Assembly (NCBI RefSeq): GCF_006345805.1
Contig: NC_043014.1
Location: 23,002,001 to 23,066,000 of the forward strand
DNA: 64,000 bases
Direction of reading: 5' to 3'
Origin: Octopus sinensis
Taxonomy: Eukaryota
The stretch's first letter is position 1. Each line of letters begins with the position of its first letter. Below the pieces are notes generated by a model. It was given only the letters and a program-made list of their open reading frames with translations, made no database searches and was not told the DNA's origin. The position numbers and the translations under genes are program-made. Below, one piece after another: positions 36,300-49,128 of this stretch.

Positions 36300-38560
36300 C
36301 CTAGGTCTCCAGCCAGTTGGCTCAGCTTGAAGAATCCATCTTGCTATTCTTTCCAGCAATATTCTAATCACATGTTTGTAGTACCAGAGCTGTTACCTCT
36401 CAATGCTGAGAAGTAGTGACTTGACCTGGATAGACTCTCTGATCTCTGAGCTACACACCTTGTTGAATAATGTTACTCCAGAGATCCTGGATGGACCCCT
36501 TTTCAGTTGTTTGTATTTTCAATTGTCCTCTTTCAGTCATTACCCAACATTCATGACCATAGGTGAGGATAGGCACAAAAATTGAATTGAAGAAAACAAG
36601 TTTAGCTTTTACACTAACATCTTCTGAGGATTGAATGTTGAAATTCTAGCACCCAGTTTCAGCCCTGAGATACTTAAGCTTCTCCACTTGTCTCAGTAAC
36701 GTTCCACTAACATGCAGAGTGTACTGAAAAGACTTTCTTGAGAGGACCAGTGTCTCATAAATCGCATAAACAGCATAAATCGCATCCCTATCTTGCATTC
36801 TAGCAGCAAACCTATTCAATGCATGCTCGAGATCACCTGATTAGCCAAGGAGCATCATGTTATCTGCAAATATCAGCCAACTGATCCCACACCTACCAAT
36901 TGTGATACCACTCCCACAACTGTAGAGTCAATCTAATTCATAAACATTATGAAAAGGTGAGGTGACTTTACATACTCCTGCCAAAGTCCAATACCCATGT
37001 TCAAAGGTATTGACTTAGCACCATTTACCCAAACACAAAGATCTGAGCATTTGTATAGGGACTTCATGCTAATCAGAAGTTGCCCATTAATCTCAAACTC
37101 TTGCAAAACCTGCCACTGCATGTCCCATGATATGTCATATGCTTTTTTAAAGATTTACAATGCAAGTACACACCTAATGGCAATATTCACATGATTTCTC
37201 AAAGACCTGCCTTAGAGTGAGTATCTGGTTGGGTGTGCTGCATCCAGGATAGAAGCCACACTATTCTTCAGCTAGCAGCTAGCTTAGGCTTAACATTCTC
37301 TCAGCATTGCCTTTCCAGACACCTCTCATAGACTTTACCAGGGAGGCTCAACAAAGAAATTCCTATATATTAGAGTATTTTCTTATTCCCTTTGTTTAAA
37401 AATTGGGATTGCTATTACTTTAGTGTCTTTCCAGACACTAAAGCATATAAAAGTTTCTATTAAAGGCTTTTGATATCTCAGACTGAATTTTATCCTCTCC
37501 AGTGTTCTTACCACAGGAGTACCTTAATCACCTTTGTGATTTCAGCCTCTGTGAGGTTAGTCCTCACCCCTAGATGCACCATGTGTCCACTACAAAACTT
37601 TAAGAGATCAGTAAAATATGCTCTCCACCTCCCAATTGCTCTTCTCTGTGGAGAGAACTTTAGCTGAATTCTTAATGACAGGTGTGGAAGAGTACTTCTT
37701 GATATGAATTTGACAGATGGTCTTCCAGAATACTTTATTAGCCAATCTAAATTCAGAATCCAGCTTAAACACAAAATCTTCTCATGACTTAACCTTGAAA
37801 CACCTTTGACATTTCTGTTGTTGCAGCTTCTCTTGCATCAGTATATCATCTAAAGGAGAAATTCATTTCCAAGCTTTTTTGTTTAGATAGCATTTTTAAC
37901 TTCCTGGCTAAACCAGGAATTCCTTTTCTACCTGATGCCACAATGAGTCCCTTTCATCCCCAGCATTATACAGTCAAAGAAGAAACTATCAAGCAAAACA
38001 AACTCCATTCCATTTTGGCATCACAAATTTGTTCAGAAAGGTTTCTTTCTGAATTTCGATGCAATAGTGATTGCATATTTGTTTCTGATTCCATCATCTG
38101 CCAAGTCTTCCCACTTTATTCTGCAAGTCACACTGGATTTAGCAGTTTTGTGAATTCTCCTTATTTTAGATAGTCCCAGGTTGCAGACAATTAGGTGGTG
38201 ATCAGTTGATAGTTCCAATCCTCTCCTTTACATGAATATTCAGCATAGAATCAAAGAAGTCAGCAATGATAACAAAATCTGTCAATGATTTCTGTCCCAG
38301 GTATAGTTAAGGATATCCCTATATTGGAAGAAAAGGTTCATAACGGAGAGCTCATTTATAGCACCGAAGTTCAAGGTCACCGTTCCTTCCAGTCACTCCT
38401 TTCCACATCTGGTGAATAGTGCCAACATGTGCATTGAAGTTTCCTAGTAGGACAAAAGATTTGGTTTTAACTGCATCTAAAGCTGTACTGACTTCATCAA
38501 GGAAGTAGGGATACTCACAAGACTTTGGCTGTTAAATTACGTTATGGAGTAGATTCCACT
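36300..38560 (-). mobile_element. Degenerate RTE LINE (APE to RT)
   Basis: Minus strand: LLGNFNAHVG, ELSTDHHLIVCNL, RWRAYFTDLL, INGQLLISMKSLY, GHECWVMT. Confidence 0.8.
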
Positions 38561-39242
38561 AAGTGGGAAGGTCTGCCTCCTGAAGCTTACATTGAAGGAA
38601 GGACTGCTGTAGCTGTTGCAAGTACATGTACCAAACAGCAAGTCCAAATACAAATCCTTCTCTTGTTAACCTGTGCAACAGACAATACAATGTTGTGTGG
38701 TTGTTATATTGCAGTTTGAATAAATGCACACACACACACGTGCACACACATGTGTGCACACATTCACACGCACACACACACACACATACATACATATTCA
38801 TGAGAATGAGATACTTTGACTTCAAATTGTATTATTATCCTGTCTCTGTAGGCTTATATTTTGTCTGGGTTTGTATATCGTGCATATGTCCAGTTATCTA
38901 ATTTGTATTTTCTTTCTTCATATGTACCTGTTTAAAAGTGTATTAACATATATTTGTATTCTTTTCTGTATGTGTAGGAATAGTTGTATGTATGTTCATT
39001 GTGCCTATGTTTATTTAAATTTGCATATTTTTTGGAGTGGTTTCTTATCCTCAAGCAATATTGCATTATCTATGTATATATATAAGGTGATGAGCTGGCT
39101 GAATTGTTAACAAGGTGGAAAAAATGCTTAGCAGCATTTCATCAATATTTACATTCTGAGAACTTGGATCAAGGTTACTGACTACTCTGCCTCTCCAAAA
39201 TTTTCAAGTCTTGCACCTTTAGTAGAAAGACTTATCTATATA

Positions 39243-40900
39243 CAGTAGAACCTCACAGTATGAGTGCACCATTGTACGAGTAATTTGCTGTATGAGCTGA
39301 GGCTGGTGCAAATTTTTGTCTTGAAGTATGAGTGGAAATCCGCAATGCAAGTGAGTTTCATACAAGTAACTGCTAGTTGGCACTGAGCTTGCACATGCTC
39401 TCCCAACAAGTACAGCCTCTGCTCACTCAGTTCATGTGTTTATCTCATTGTGACAGCATTCCTGTTGTGTTTTCCCAGTGTTTTTTTTAGTTTTGTGTGT
39501 TTTTTGCAATTATTTTATAATTAGCTCTTAGTCATGGGTCCTAAGAAGATTAGTGTAAAGGACAGTGCTGAGAAGAAAAAGCCGATTATGATAGAATTGA
39601 AGAAGGAAATCATCGATGAACATAAAAAAAGAGTGCGTGTAGTGAACATGGCAAGTCAGTGTGACTGAAGTACATTGATGATCTACATCATCCTGAAGAA
39701 AAAGGATGAGATCAAGGCCATTACAACAGCAAAGGATGTCTCCAGGCTCTTCAAGCAATTCACATATGTCCAGATGGAAAAATTGCTTCTCCTACAGATC
39801 AATGATAAGCAACTTGCAGAGGAAATAATTACAGAGGCACAAGCACTATATGGGGATCTCCTGAAGCAGAACCCTGGAACATCGACAGAGGAGACATTAG
39901 CAGATGTATTTAAGGCCTGTCATGATTGGTTCAATAATTTCATGAAGAGGACTGATGTTCAAAGCATTATCAGGTATGGAGAAGCAGCAAGTTCTGACAT
40001 GAAGGCAGCTGAGGATTTTGTGTCTATTCTGTCAGCTCATTGCAGCTGAGTACATCACACAACAAATATTCAACAAATACACAACAAATATTCAACTATG
40101 ATGAAACTGGCCTTTTGGAAAAAAAAAATGCCCAGAAGAACATACATAATTGCAGAGGAGAAGGAAATGCCAGGCCACAAGCCTATGGCAGATAGGCTAA
40201 CTCTCACCTTTTGTGCCAATGCGAGTGGAGACTTGAAGATTAAGCTACTCTATGTCTACCATTCCAAAAATCCACAAGAATTCAAGTTGCACTAAATTCT
40301 GAAGGAGAAGCTGCAGTTCATGTGGAGGGCAAATGTTAAAGCCTGGGTTACCAGGCAATTCTTCACTGAGTGGGTCAACTCTCTCTTTGGACTATCAGCG
40401 AGAAAGTACCTTCTGGAGAATAATCTTCCTCTCAAAGTCCTCCTCATCCTCAACAATACTGCTGCTCACCTTCCTAACTTTTAAGATGATATCCTGGACA
40501 AATTTAAATTTATAAAAGTTCAATACCTTTCACGCAACACCACACTTATCTTGCAGCCCATGGACCAACAGGTGATTTCTGATTTTAAGAAATTGGACAC
40601 CAAATACCTGTTTTGTCAGTGCTTTGAAGTCACTGAAAATACAAATATAACCTTTCATGAGTTTTGGAAGGAGCACTATAACATTGTTAACTGCCTGAAA
40701 ACCATTGATATGGCCTGGCAGGGTGTAACAAGGGAAACACTGAATTCTGAATGGAGGAAACTATGGCCTGGCTACATATCCAAAAGAAACTTTGAGGGGT
40801 TTGAGTCTGAGACACTTGAAGTTGAGGAGATAGTGTCTCTTGGCAAGTCCATGGGCCTCAAGGTTGACCATGGGGACATTAACAATCAGCTTTTTGTCTG
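39243..40900 (+). mobile_element. Tigger/pogo DNA transposon with disrupted transposase (~39535-40900); right end missing
   Basis: TA-CAGTAGAACCTC left end; MGPKKISVKDSAEKKK..IELKKEII (CENP-B-type HTH); FKACHDWFNNFMKR..GEAASSDMKAA; DETGL.WKKMPRRTYI..GHKPMADRLTLTFCANASGD; LQPMDQQVISDFKK (DDE_1). Confidence 0.92.
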
Positions 40901-41708
40901 ACACAATGTGGGTGACATCATCTCCAAATGCTTCCTAGTTCACACAGAATACCTCTCATTATCTCTAGTTTCCATGATAGTGGAAGAGTCAATACACACA
41001 GAGGAGAGAAGATGCAACAATCTTTATAAATTGAGTGTATGATACATAGTGGTTGTGATAGGTGGTCATTCACCCCAAGCAAAGAGCTGTCATTGTACAT
41101 TGTGGAAATCCAGCTCCTGAAGATGTTACTGAAACTGACTGCTGTGTGGACTGCTGCCAAGTATTGGTGGTTGATCTTATTAAAAGGTGGTCAGGGCTCC
41201 ACCCCATGCCAGTTTCATTACCTACCCTCTCATATCATTATGAGTGGAGGTTGTCATGGATTGATCTATATGAGATGGTGCATGTTTCTGCATCACCAGT
41301 CAGACCACCAATGGCAAATGCCAATCTATTTGTAAATACCTTGACTAAAATCTTGAAGTTTATGTTTAACAAAGTTATGGATCAAACATTTTGAATTTGG
41401 TTCTCTTTGTTGCAGTCTTTTCGTAGTGCTATGCCCCTCAGCTCACAGAATTGAGGATTCTCCTGTTGCAGGAGAATCTGCTACCAGTTGCAGCAGATAC
41501 ATGTCAAGGGGGCCACAAATAAGTTTGTCATATGAATATAAAGCAGGTGCAGGAGCTGCTGTGTGATAAGTATCTTGCTTACCAACCACATGGTTCTGGG
41601 TTCAGTCTCACTGCGTGGCATCTTGGGAAAGTGTCTTCTACTATAGCCTCAGGCCGACCAAAGCCTTGTGAGTGGATTTGGTAGACGGAAGCTGAAAGAA
41701 GCCCATCG

Positions 41709-41739
<31 letters not shown>

Positions 41740-42330
41740 ATGTTTGTGTGTCTGTGTTTGCACCCCTAGCATTGATGGACAACCGATGCTGGTGTGTTTA
41801 TGTCTCCGATAGGCTTACAAAGAATAAGTCCTGGGGTCGATTTGCTCGACTAAAGGCAGTGCTCCAGCATGGCCGCAGTCAAATGACTGAAACAAGTAAA
41901 AGAGTAAAGAGTATATGATAGAATATTTAAACCAGGCAATTTGACCCCGCTGCAATTAGCCATTGTTTCCCCTATTTCCAAGGCTGTTATTGATTTTCTA
42001 CCACACTCTACCTCCAGTGGCAAGAGCTGTGGCAGGCTGTCAAGTCAAGGTAGGCACTGAAATTCATCCTGTAACCTGGTGAGCCACTTATCCCAAACAG
42101 TCAAGCAAAGTGCCAATGAAAAGCTGCAGTCATCATCCTCATCATAGGCTACCAAAGACTGAATTGTAGCTTTGTCACAAAGTTGAATCTCTGTCACTTG
42201 GGCCCATAAAACAGCTTCCATTCCTTCATGATCCATCCCTGACAACACAGCAATTGTGCTTCATGTGGAAGAAGTGATTACATGTTACTCTCACCACATG
42301 CATGCTGGTTATGATGCCTTTCCTAAACAC
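40900..42330 (-). mobile_element. Old Tx1-like ORF2 fragment, split by a SINE
   Basis: Minus: LDSLPQL..ITALEIGETMANCSGVKLPGL; TLLNINFKILVKVFTNRLA...RSIHDNLH...FRSWISTMYN; homologous to 15450-16450. Confidence 0.8.
41546..41913 (+). mobile_element. Near full-length tRNA-derived SINE (second family)
   Basis: A-box-like GCTGTGTGAT and B-box-like GGTTCAGTCTC; central (TA)n(TG)n; tail GACTGAAACAAGTAAAAGAGTAAAGAGTA; partial copies near 23010, 27900, 30230, 32460, 49090 and 60170. Confidence 0.85.
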
Positions 42331-43065
42331 CTCTAATAAGTTTTTATAAATTCTTTTGTTTATTGCCCCATGGAAACTCCCATTCTGTCAGGATAGTTTT
42401 TTTAGTTTGTTCTAAGTTTTTGAATTTTTCGGATTTGTATGTATGTTACTATGTTATTAATATGAGTGATGTAGTCATGTGTAATGTTTGTGTGTTCCTT
42501 AATTCTTTGTTGTTTGTGTCTATGGTTGTGTAGCTTATATTTCTTTGTGGGTGTTGTTCTTGTTGTTTGGATTGTGTTTGTGGTAGTATTTGCTGTGTTG
42601 ATATTGTCTGTGGTAGTTAGTAATGGAGTTGGTGTTCCTGTTGTCTTCTTTGCAAATCTCCCAGCTTTCTGTGGGAGCAGATTGATTTTGTTTTCTTCCT
42701 CTCCTTTCTCTTCTTAAGGGGACAGTTTTCCATTTTTCATCTTTATCACATTCACTGCCAAACATATCTGAGTGATTTGAAGGCAGAGAAAAGTATACAT
42801 TGTATTGGGATTGGGGGATTCTGTTGCTGGTATTGGTGATGATGTTCTTGATGCTACTGTTGCTTATTATTATTACTGTTACGGTACGGTACATCTGTTC
42901 AGGTAATGTCAATTTGATGGAGAAAGCTAATGTACAGCACATACATTTGATCACTATAAACAAATCACTTATTGAACAGGTCGTTTGGCAAAAGCTGAAT
43001 GTTCATATGTCATTTTCAATGGGAGAGTCCAATATTATTTATAACAATAATAACAATAATAATAA

Positions 43066-43170
43066 TACTTTCTGTTATTGGCCACAAGGGCTGAACACAA
43101 AACAAATAGGGACAGTACAATACAAGGGACAAATGGGGGTGTTGAACAATGCCATGAATACAATAAGTAA
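43066..43170 (-). mobile_element. Short 5'-truncated L1/Tx1-type 3' tail
   Basis: Minus strand ATTGTACTGTCCC...GTTCAGCCCTTGTGGCCAATAA matches 13413-13452 ATTGTACTGTCCC...GTTCGCCCCTTGTGGGTAATAA. Confidence 0.65.
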
Positions 43171-44670
43171 TGGAAGTCTGTCGGGGTTCAACAACGACGT
43201 CAGTGATGCCGTAGGTGGGAGCAGAACCCAAAGGCGAATGTGCAGATATGGTCACATGTTGGGCATGTAACAGCAGAAGTAGGGTTGGGGATCCTCTCTT
43301 TTCAGGCTTGTTGCATCTGGTCCAGGCTCTTGAGGCGCTTTTCCTTGAACAGCCTAAAACCCTTTTAGAGAGCTGGACACCAGGCGCCACAGTCAGAGGC
43401 AAGCGATTCCCAGCCACAGGCCTCAAGGGAAGTTTTCAGGCTGTCCTTGTATCACCTTAGTGGCCTTCCAGGGTTTCTTACTCCAGAAGCCAGCTCAGAG
43501 AAGATCATCCATTCGGACTACATGTCTGACCCACTGGAGCTGGGCCTTCATGATGAGGGCTTTGATCCTGGGCATTTCAGCTCTGTGAAGCACCTCAGTG
43601 TTGGAGACTCTGTCCTCCCAGGAAATTCCCATGATTCGTCGTAAGCAGCAGAGGTGGAACTGGTCAAGTACTCGTATTTGCCTCCTATACAGCATCCACA
43701 TCCCACAGTCGTAGAGCAGAGAGGTGATGACGACTGACTTATATACTATCAGCTTGGTGGAAAGTCTGATGCCTCATTCGGCCCACACATGTGTCCAAAG
43801 TCTGCCAAACACCAGGGCTGGGCGCTGTGGCATGTCTTGGATGGCCTGCTGGTCAATCTGGGAAGGTCTGTTTAGTAGCTGACTGAACTGTTCACTCCAG
43901 CGCTGTATGATGTCACCCTTCTCAGTAAGCAGGGTTCCATCGGCAGAGCGCACGGGTGCCATTGCATTTAGTGTGGGGCCATACATGTCTTTCAGGCCGG
44001 CAAAGAACTTCTTGGAATTGTGCTCGTCTGCACACTGCTGTAGTTCTGCAGCCTTGTTTTCCCACCACTTGTCTTTCATCTGTCGCAGCTCAGTCTGCAT
44101 CTTTCCTCTGATGTTCTTGAGGCGGTCGTGCTTGACTTGGGAGTCTTTGTCATTGAGCTAGGCTGTGAAGGCTTCTTTCTTCTCCTGGAAGAGGGTGGCG
44201 ATCTCCTTGTTGTTGTCAAACCAGTCTTGGTATTTCCGTTTTGTGTGGCCAAGGGTAAGGCTGGCAGAGTCATATACTACATCCCGGAAGTTGGCCCAGG
44301 CCTTCTCAAGGTTTCCCTCTGCTGGCAGATGTTCAAGCTGGTTCGCAAGGTTGTCAATGAGGGTCTCTTTTGTTTTTGGTTCATTGAGTTTCTGGACGTC
44401 TAGTTTCTTTTTAACATCAGCTTTCTGGCGTCTATGTCTGCTGACGATGGAAAAGGACAGTCTGCACCTCAACAGCAGGTGATCTGTCCATCAGTCAGCT
44501 CCCCTCATTGCCCTAGTGATGGGAACATCGTGGATGTCACGGTGCCTGGTGATCACATAGTCAATCAGGCACCAATATTTGGACCTTGGGTGCATCCAGG
44601 TAGCCTTGTGGATGTCAGGCAGTTGGTACAGGGTATTGGTGATGGTGAGTCTCTGTTCAGCGCAGAAGGT
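43171..44670 (-). mobile_element. RTE-BovB-like LINE with the RT core deleted
   Basis: HKATWMHPRSKYWCLIDYVITRHRDIHDVPITRAMRGAD; RWSEQFSQLLNRPS..IQDMPQRP fused to ALVFGRLWTHVW..GIRLSTKLIVYKSVV; AQLQWVRHVVRMDD; terminal CPTCDHICTFAFGFCSHLRHH. Confidence 0.9.
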
Positions 44671-44719
44671 GAGTAGAGTACAATAAGTAACAAAAAACAA
44701 ATAACAAAACAATTAAACA

Positions 44720-44950
44720 ATATTCTGTTGTGTCTGGGGAGAGTTATTTTCTTTTTGTGCCTTATAATATAACACACTCACTGGTAAAATTTCTACTTTT
44801 TTTTCTTATTTTTTATTGAAAAGGTTGCAAGATGCAACGAAAATTTTAGGAAAATAAAAATAAGAAAAAGAAAGTGGAAATTTTACCGGTGAGTGTGTTA
44901 TATTATAAGGCACAAAAAGAAAATGACTCTCCCCAGACACAACAGAATAT
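44720..44950. mobile_element. Hairpin MITE-like element (~100-bp arms)
   Basis: 44720-44818 pairs with ~44853-44950; small inner TTGCA-AGA-TGCAA stem in the loop. Confidence 0.8.
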
Positions 44951-44954
44951 GCTT

Positions 44955-46830
44955 CAACACACGAACTCACATAAAGAATCTTGCAAACCAAATCCAAAAA
45001 CGAAATTAAATAAAAATTCCCCAAAAGCAGGGAGTTCCTCACAGGGACAACCACAGAACCTCACACAACCTGGTCATCCTGAGTACCAGGTGCACCTCAA
45101 CAGACACATCTCTCCTTCTCAACTCTTCCAGTTTACAAATGAAAGTTCACACAGGCCATCTTCACCACATACACCCACCTTTCAACAAATTTACTAAGGG
45201 CAGGGGCAGAACTTCCCTTTACAAGTGAAACTTGAGAAAGTGAATGAGGGACAAAGAGGAAAGTATCTGTTTTCAGTCCTTTCAGTCTTGTCCACCACAC
45301 TACCTCCTTCGCTATGGCTACCAGACAGAGGAAAACTGCCTTTCCTTCCCAGCCAAAGGAAGGCAGCCAGGCGATTTTCACAATGGACTCAACTGATAAT
45401 TGGATTTATCCTATATACAATAACAGCTGTTCACAAAGCTCCACAAGTCAGTAATGCATGGACACCGGATGAGTGTGTGCAGGATGGTTTTGTTGCTCTG
45501 TGTACACCTTGGACAGGTCCGTCTGACAGTACTTCCATATCTATAGAGCTTGTCTCAAACCGGCAGAGCTCCCTGGTAGCACTGCCAGGCCAGGGCCTTC
45601 TGGAAGTTATCCATAGGCCCCAGAAAAGACCAGTTAATTGATCCCTCCTGATGCCCAGGATTTCTCCAAGGACATCATTGCTCTTGTCTGCCACTATCTC
45701 CTACAGAACTCCATAGTCGAACTTCCACCGACTGCATTGCTTGGCTGGTAGAAAGCTGTGAGCACTTGCCAACATTTCAGGTGCCAAGCGTCTTTTCTTG
45801 GTCTATGTTTGATCCAGAGCTGTAGTTCTGTCAATGAGATGAGCTGCGGAAAATACTGCTTGAAAAATGGCAACCACACCTGTTCAGCATTAAGAAAATG
45901 CTGGAGATGTAGCTTCAGAGCATGTCTGCACATTAATAGCCACGGCATTCTCAGTCCTCCATTCAGCAAATGTTGACAGCAGATGGACCATCTGATGAGT
46001 GGAACATGTCCCTTCCACAGAAAGCAGAAAAGCAAGTGCTCCTGCTTGGTCAGCCATGAAGCAGAGCAAGGGACGATGGTCAGACAGTAATAGATGACTG
46101 AAGCAATGTATGCATTCACCACCCTGCCCAATCTTTCAGGAACAGCTTCCTCTCTGTTCATTTCTGGGTGAAATTGGCTACCCTGCTCATGATCTCTCCC
46201 CCAGTCCTTGTCCACCTGGAGGCCCAGACCAAATCAAACCCCAAGCAATTTAACCGGTCTTTCCATCCAGTGCTTTACAATGCTGTTAGTTGGTATGGAC
46301 CTGCCTCTCTAGGTGCCAAGCTGCAGGCCCACCAACTTTCCAGATTAATTTTTGCTTATGTCACTGCTTCATGCTCCTGTAAGGTAGAGCCGATCACCTC
46401 AATTTGCAAGTTGTCCAATACTATTACTGTGATGTCGTCTGCATAGGCCAACAATAGCCTTCCGCATCCTAGATCATGCGCAACTTCCTCAATAATGGCT
46501 CAAGAGCCAACATGCATAGAAAGGAGAGAGTGGGCATCCTTGACGGACCAAGAAAGTGATGCTTAATGATTCTGCTATACATTGCAGCGATCCAGCCTCT
46601 GAAAATGGGACCAAAGCTGGCTGTCATGAAGACAACCTCCAAGTATTGATGGTCAACCCTGTCAAAAGCTTTTAATTGATCCAAATTGATCAGAGCCCCA
46701 CCCATGCCAGGTTCCTTTCCTACCCTCTCTATGATGTAGCATATGAGGTGGAGGTTGTCGTGAATAGATCTGTTTGGAATAGCACATATCAGTACATTAC
46801 CAACCAGCTTACCAATGACAAGTGCTGAGA
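44955..46830 (-). mobile_element. Tx1-like ORF2 3' half (RT to zinc finger), degenerate
   Basis: GGALINLDQLKAFDRVDHQYL; VVNAYIASVIYYCLTIVPCSASWLTKQEHLLFCFLWKGHVPLIRWSICCQHLLNGGL, collinear with track ORF 16584-17831. Confidence 0.88.
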
Positions 46831-47139
46831 AGAAGAATTGTTTCTGATATAGTATTGTTTCTGAAATTTGAGAGAGGGATTAATCAATACCATCAACTTG
46901 AGTACATAATTTATTGATACAGAAAGGATGACAGGCAAAGCTGACCTTGGAAGGATTTGAACTTAAAATGTAAACAGCTGAAACAAATACAAGGCCTTTT
47001 GCCTAATGCTCTAATGATTCTACCAATACACCACTCCAATAATGATAATAATGATGATGGTCACTCCTATTGATTTTGATGTATGTGTGTTTGAAGAAAA
47101 GGATTAAAAATTAAAAAAAGGTAAAAAAAAAAAAGAAAC

Positions 47140-48330
47140 TGTATATTAAGAGTTGATGAAATATAAACCCAGATATAAAATTACTGAAAGATGATGTCAT
47201 TAGATCACTAATTAGATTAAATACAGGATACAAGTATTTAAGGGTGCTTCAGGACAATAGGTTAATGGATGGAGAAACAAGAGAGAAAAATCTAAGGAAT
47301 GTGATCAAAAAATTGGAATATCATCAAAGCAATGAATACATGGGCCATGCCAGTATTAAGATATTCTGTTCCTTTCCTGACAGAGTTACAGAACTTAGAT
47401 TAGAAGAACTAGAAAGCTGCTCCTGTTGCACAATGTGCATCATCATAAAAGTAATATCAACAAGCTTTATCTACAAAAAATTGAAGGAAGCAGAGGATTG
47501 CTAAATGCAGAAGACACCATTAGTACTGCAATATTGGGTTTCAAAAACTATGTTGTGTAAAGTGAAGAAAGAATATTACTAGCAGCTATAAATGTCCAAA
47601 AAGTTACTGAAACAGTATGAGTTATTCAAGAAGGGAATTAAGAAGAAAATAAAGCAAATAGCTGGAAAGAGAAGGAATTACATGGCCAGTTCATGCAACA
47701 AACAGGGGATGTTAAAATTAAAGAATATTGATTCTGGCTGACAGACAGAAACCTGAAATGAGAAACTTAAGTGCTAGATATAGCTGTTGAGGAACAAGCC
47801 AATAGGACAAATTTGACAATGGCAAAGATTGATAAAACTCAGAAAACAAACACATAATCTATGGGGAAAGAAAATAAAGTATTTGTCATCTCTTGAGTGA
47901 ATGAAGTAAGCTAGCACAAAAAGAGTATAAGTGCAGAAATAACTGTGTAGATAAAAGAATGTATTGGGATGTTAGCTGAGAATGTGGATTTAAAGTAGCA
48001 GAAAAGTGGTATGAACATGAACCTGAGGCTGTGATAGAGAACAATGATTACAGGTTTTTATGGGATTTCCACATAAAGTCTGACATAGGAAAAAAAGGGT
48101 AAGATGTTAGACTATGCAATGCCATATTATAATAGAATATCTACTAAAGAAATTAAAAAAATTGAGAAATATCAGGACCTAACCTCAGATATGAAGAGAC
48201 TGTGGAAGAATAAGACTATTATTCCTGTGGTAATTGGTGCCCTTGATACAATATCCAGATTGCTGCTTAAGAGGCTGAAGGATATTAGAATTGAGATTCA
48301 TTGTCAACCAATACTCCCATACTTGACACC
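47140..48330 (+). mobile_element. Second R4/Dong fragment
   Basis: Collinear by eye with 6535-7520 (GATGTCATTAG...CATGCCAGTATTAAGATA...GCAGAAGACACCATTAG). Confidence 0.85.
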
Positions 48331-48374
48331 CCTGGCAATAAACTTAATAGTTGGCAGATATTCTGCCAACTATT

Positions 48375-49020
48375 TTTCAATTTCAGTTTGAAGGAACACC
48401 ATGATGGTGTCGAGAGACTTGGAATACGTCCTCAACACCATCGTTCTCTCGTTGAAGTCTTTTAACCACTGCTTGGGGGGTACAATCTCCCACTCCAATG
48501 CAGTGTTTGCCTTCTTTGCCATGCTTGCAGAAAAGAAAGTCCAAAAATAGTTCAAACACAAATTCAAAATAAAGTCCAAAATAAACAAAAAGAGTAGAAA
48601 GACAGAGCAGAGTAAAAGAAAGAAGGAAGACAGTTCAAGTCATGGCATACACAATTCCGGCCACAGGTATTCCAGAAAAAGGTACTCCAAACAAGTACTC
48701 CAGGTCACTGCAGCAGCAGGAACACAAAAATATCCTCTACAAATTGGTTGAATTTTCCAAAATTTCACAATTTTTTGAAGGCCAGACATGCCCCCAAACA
48801 ACAATTCTCACAGCTAAGTAAGTCACTTAGCGCAACTGCAGGCAGACAAATTTCCAGGACCCAGTGAGGATTTCTTATTTGAAAGAAGGAAAACAATATC
48901 AAACAACAAAACCCCACTGAATCCCCCCAAAAAACAGATGCCTACCTTACAGTCGCACCTTCAATATTTCTTCAGTTCAGGACGGCTACAAACGCATGTC
49001 TTGACAGTATTCAAATTTGG
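48375..49020 (-). mobile_element. Probable L1/Tx1 5' UTR and ORF1 start
   Basis: MAKKANTALEWEIVPPKQWLKDFNERTMVLRTYS resembles VKLVPPAEAKEEKEDKTIIYRTQD of the ORF1 at 11779. Confidence 0.5.
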
Positions 49021-49091
49021 AAGTAACTAACCCACGCATATGCCATAAGCAAGCTACTTACCACACAGCCACTCCTCTCTCTCTCTCTATC

Positions 49092-49128
<37 letters not shown>

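Noticed and set aside
41546-41625. tRNA-like heads with A/B boxes (also at 60347)
   Set aside because: No complete cloverleaf; they continue into SINE bodies.
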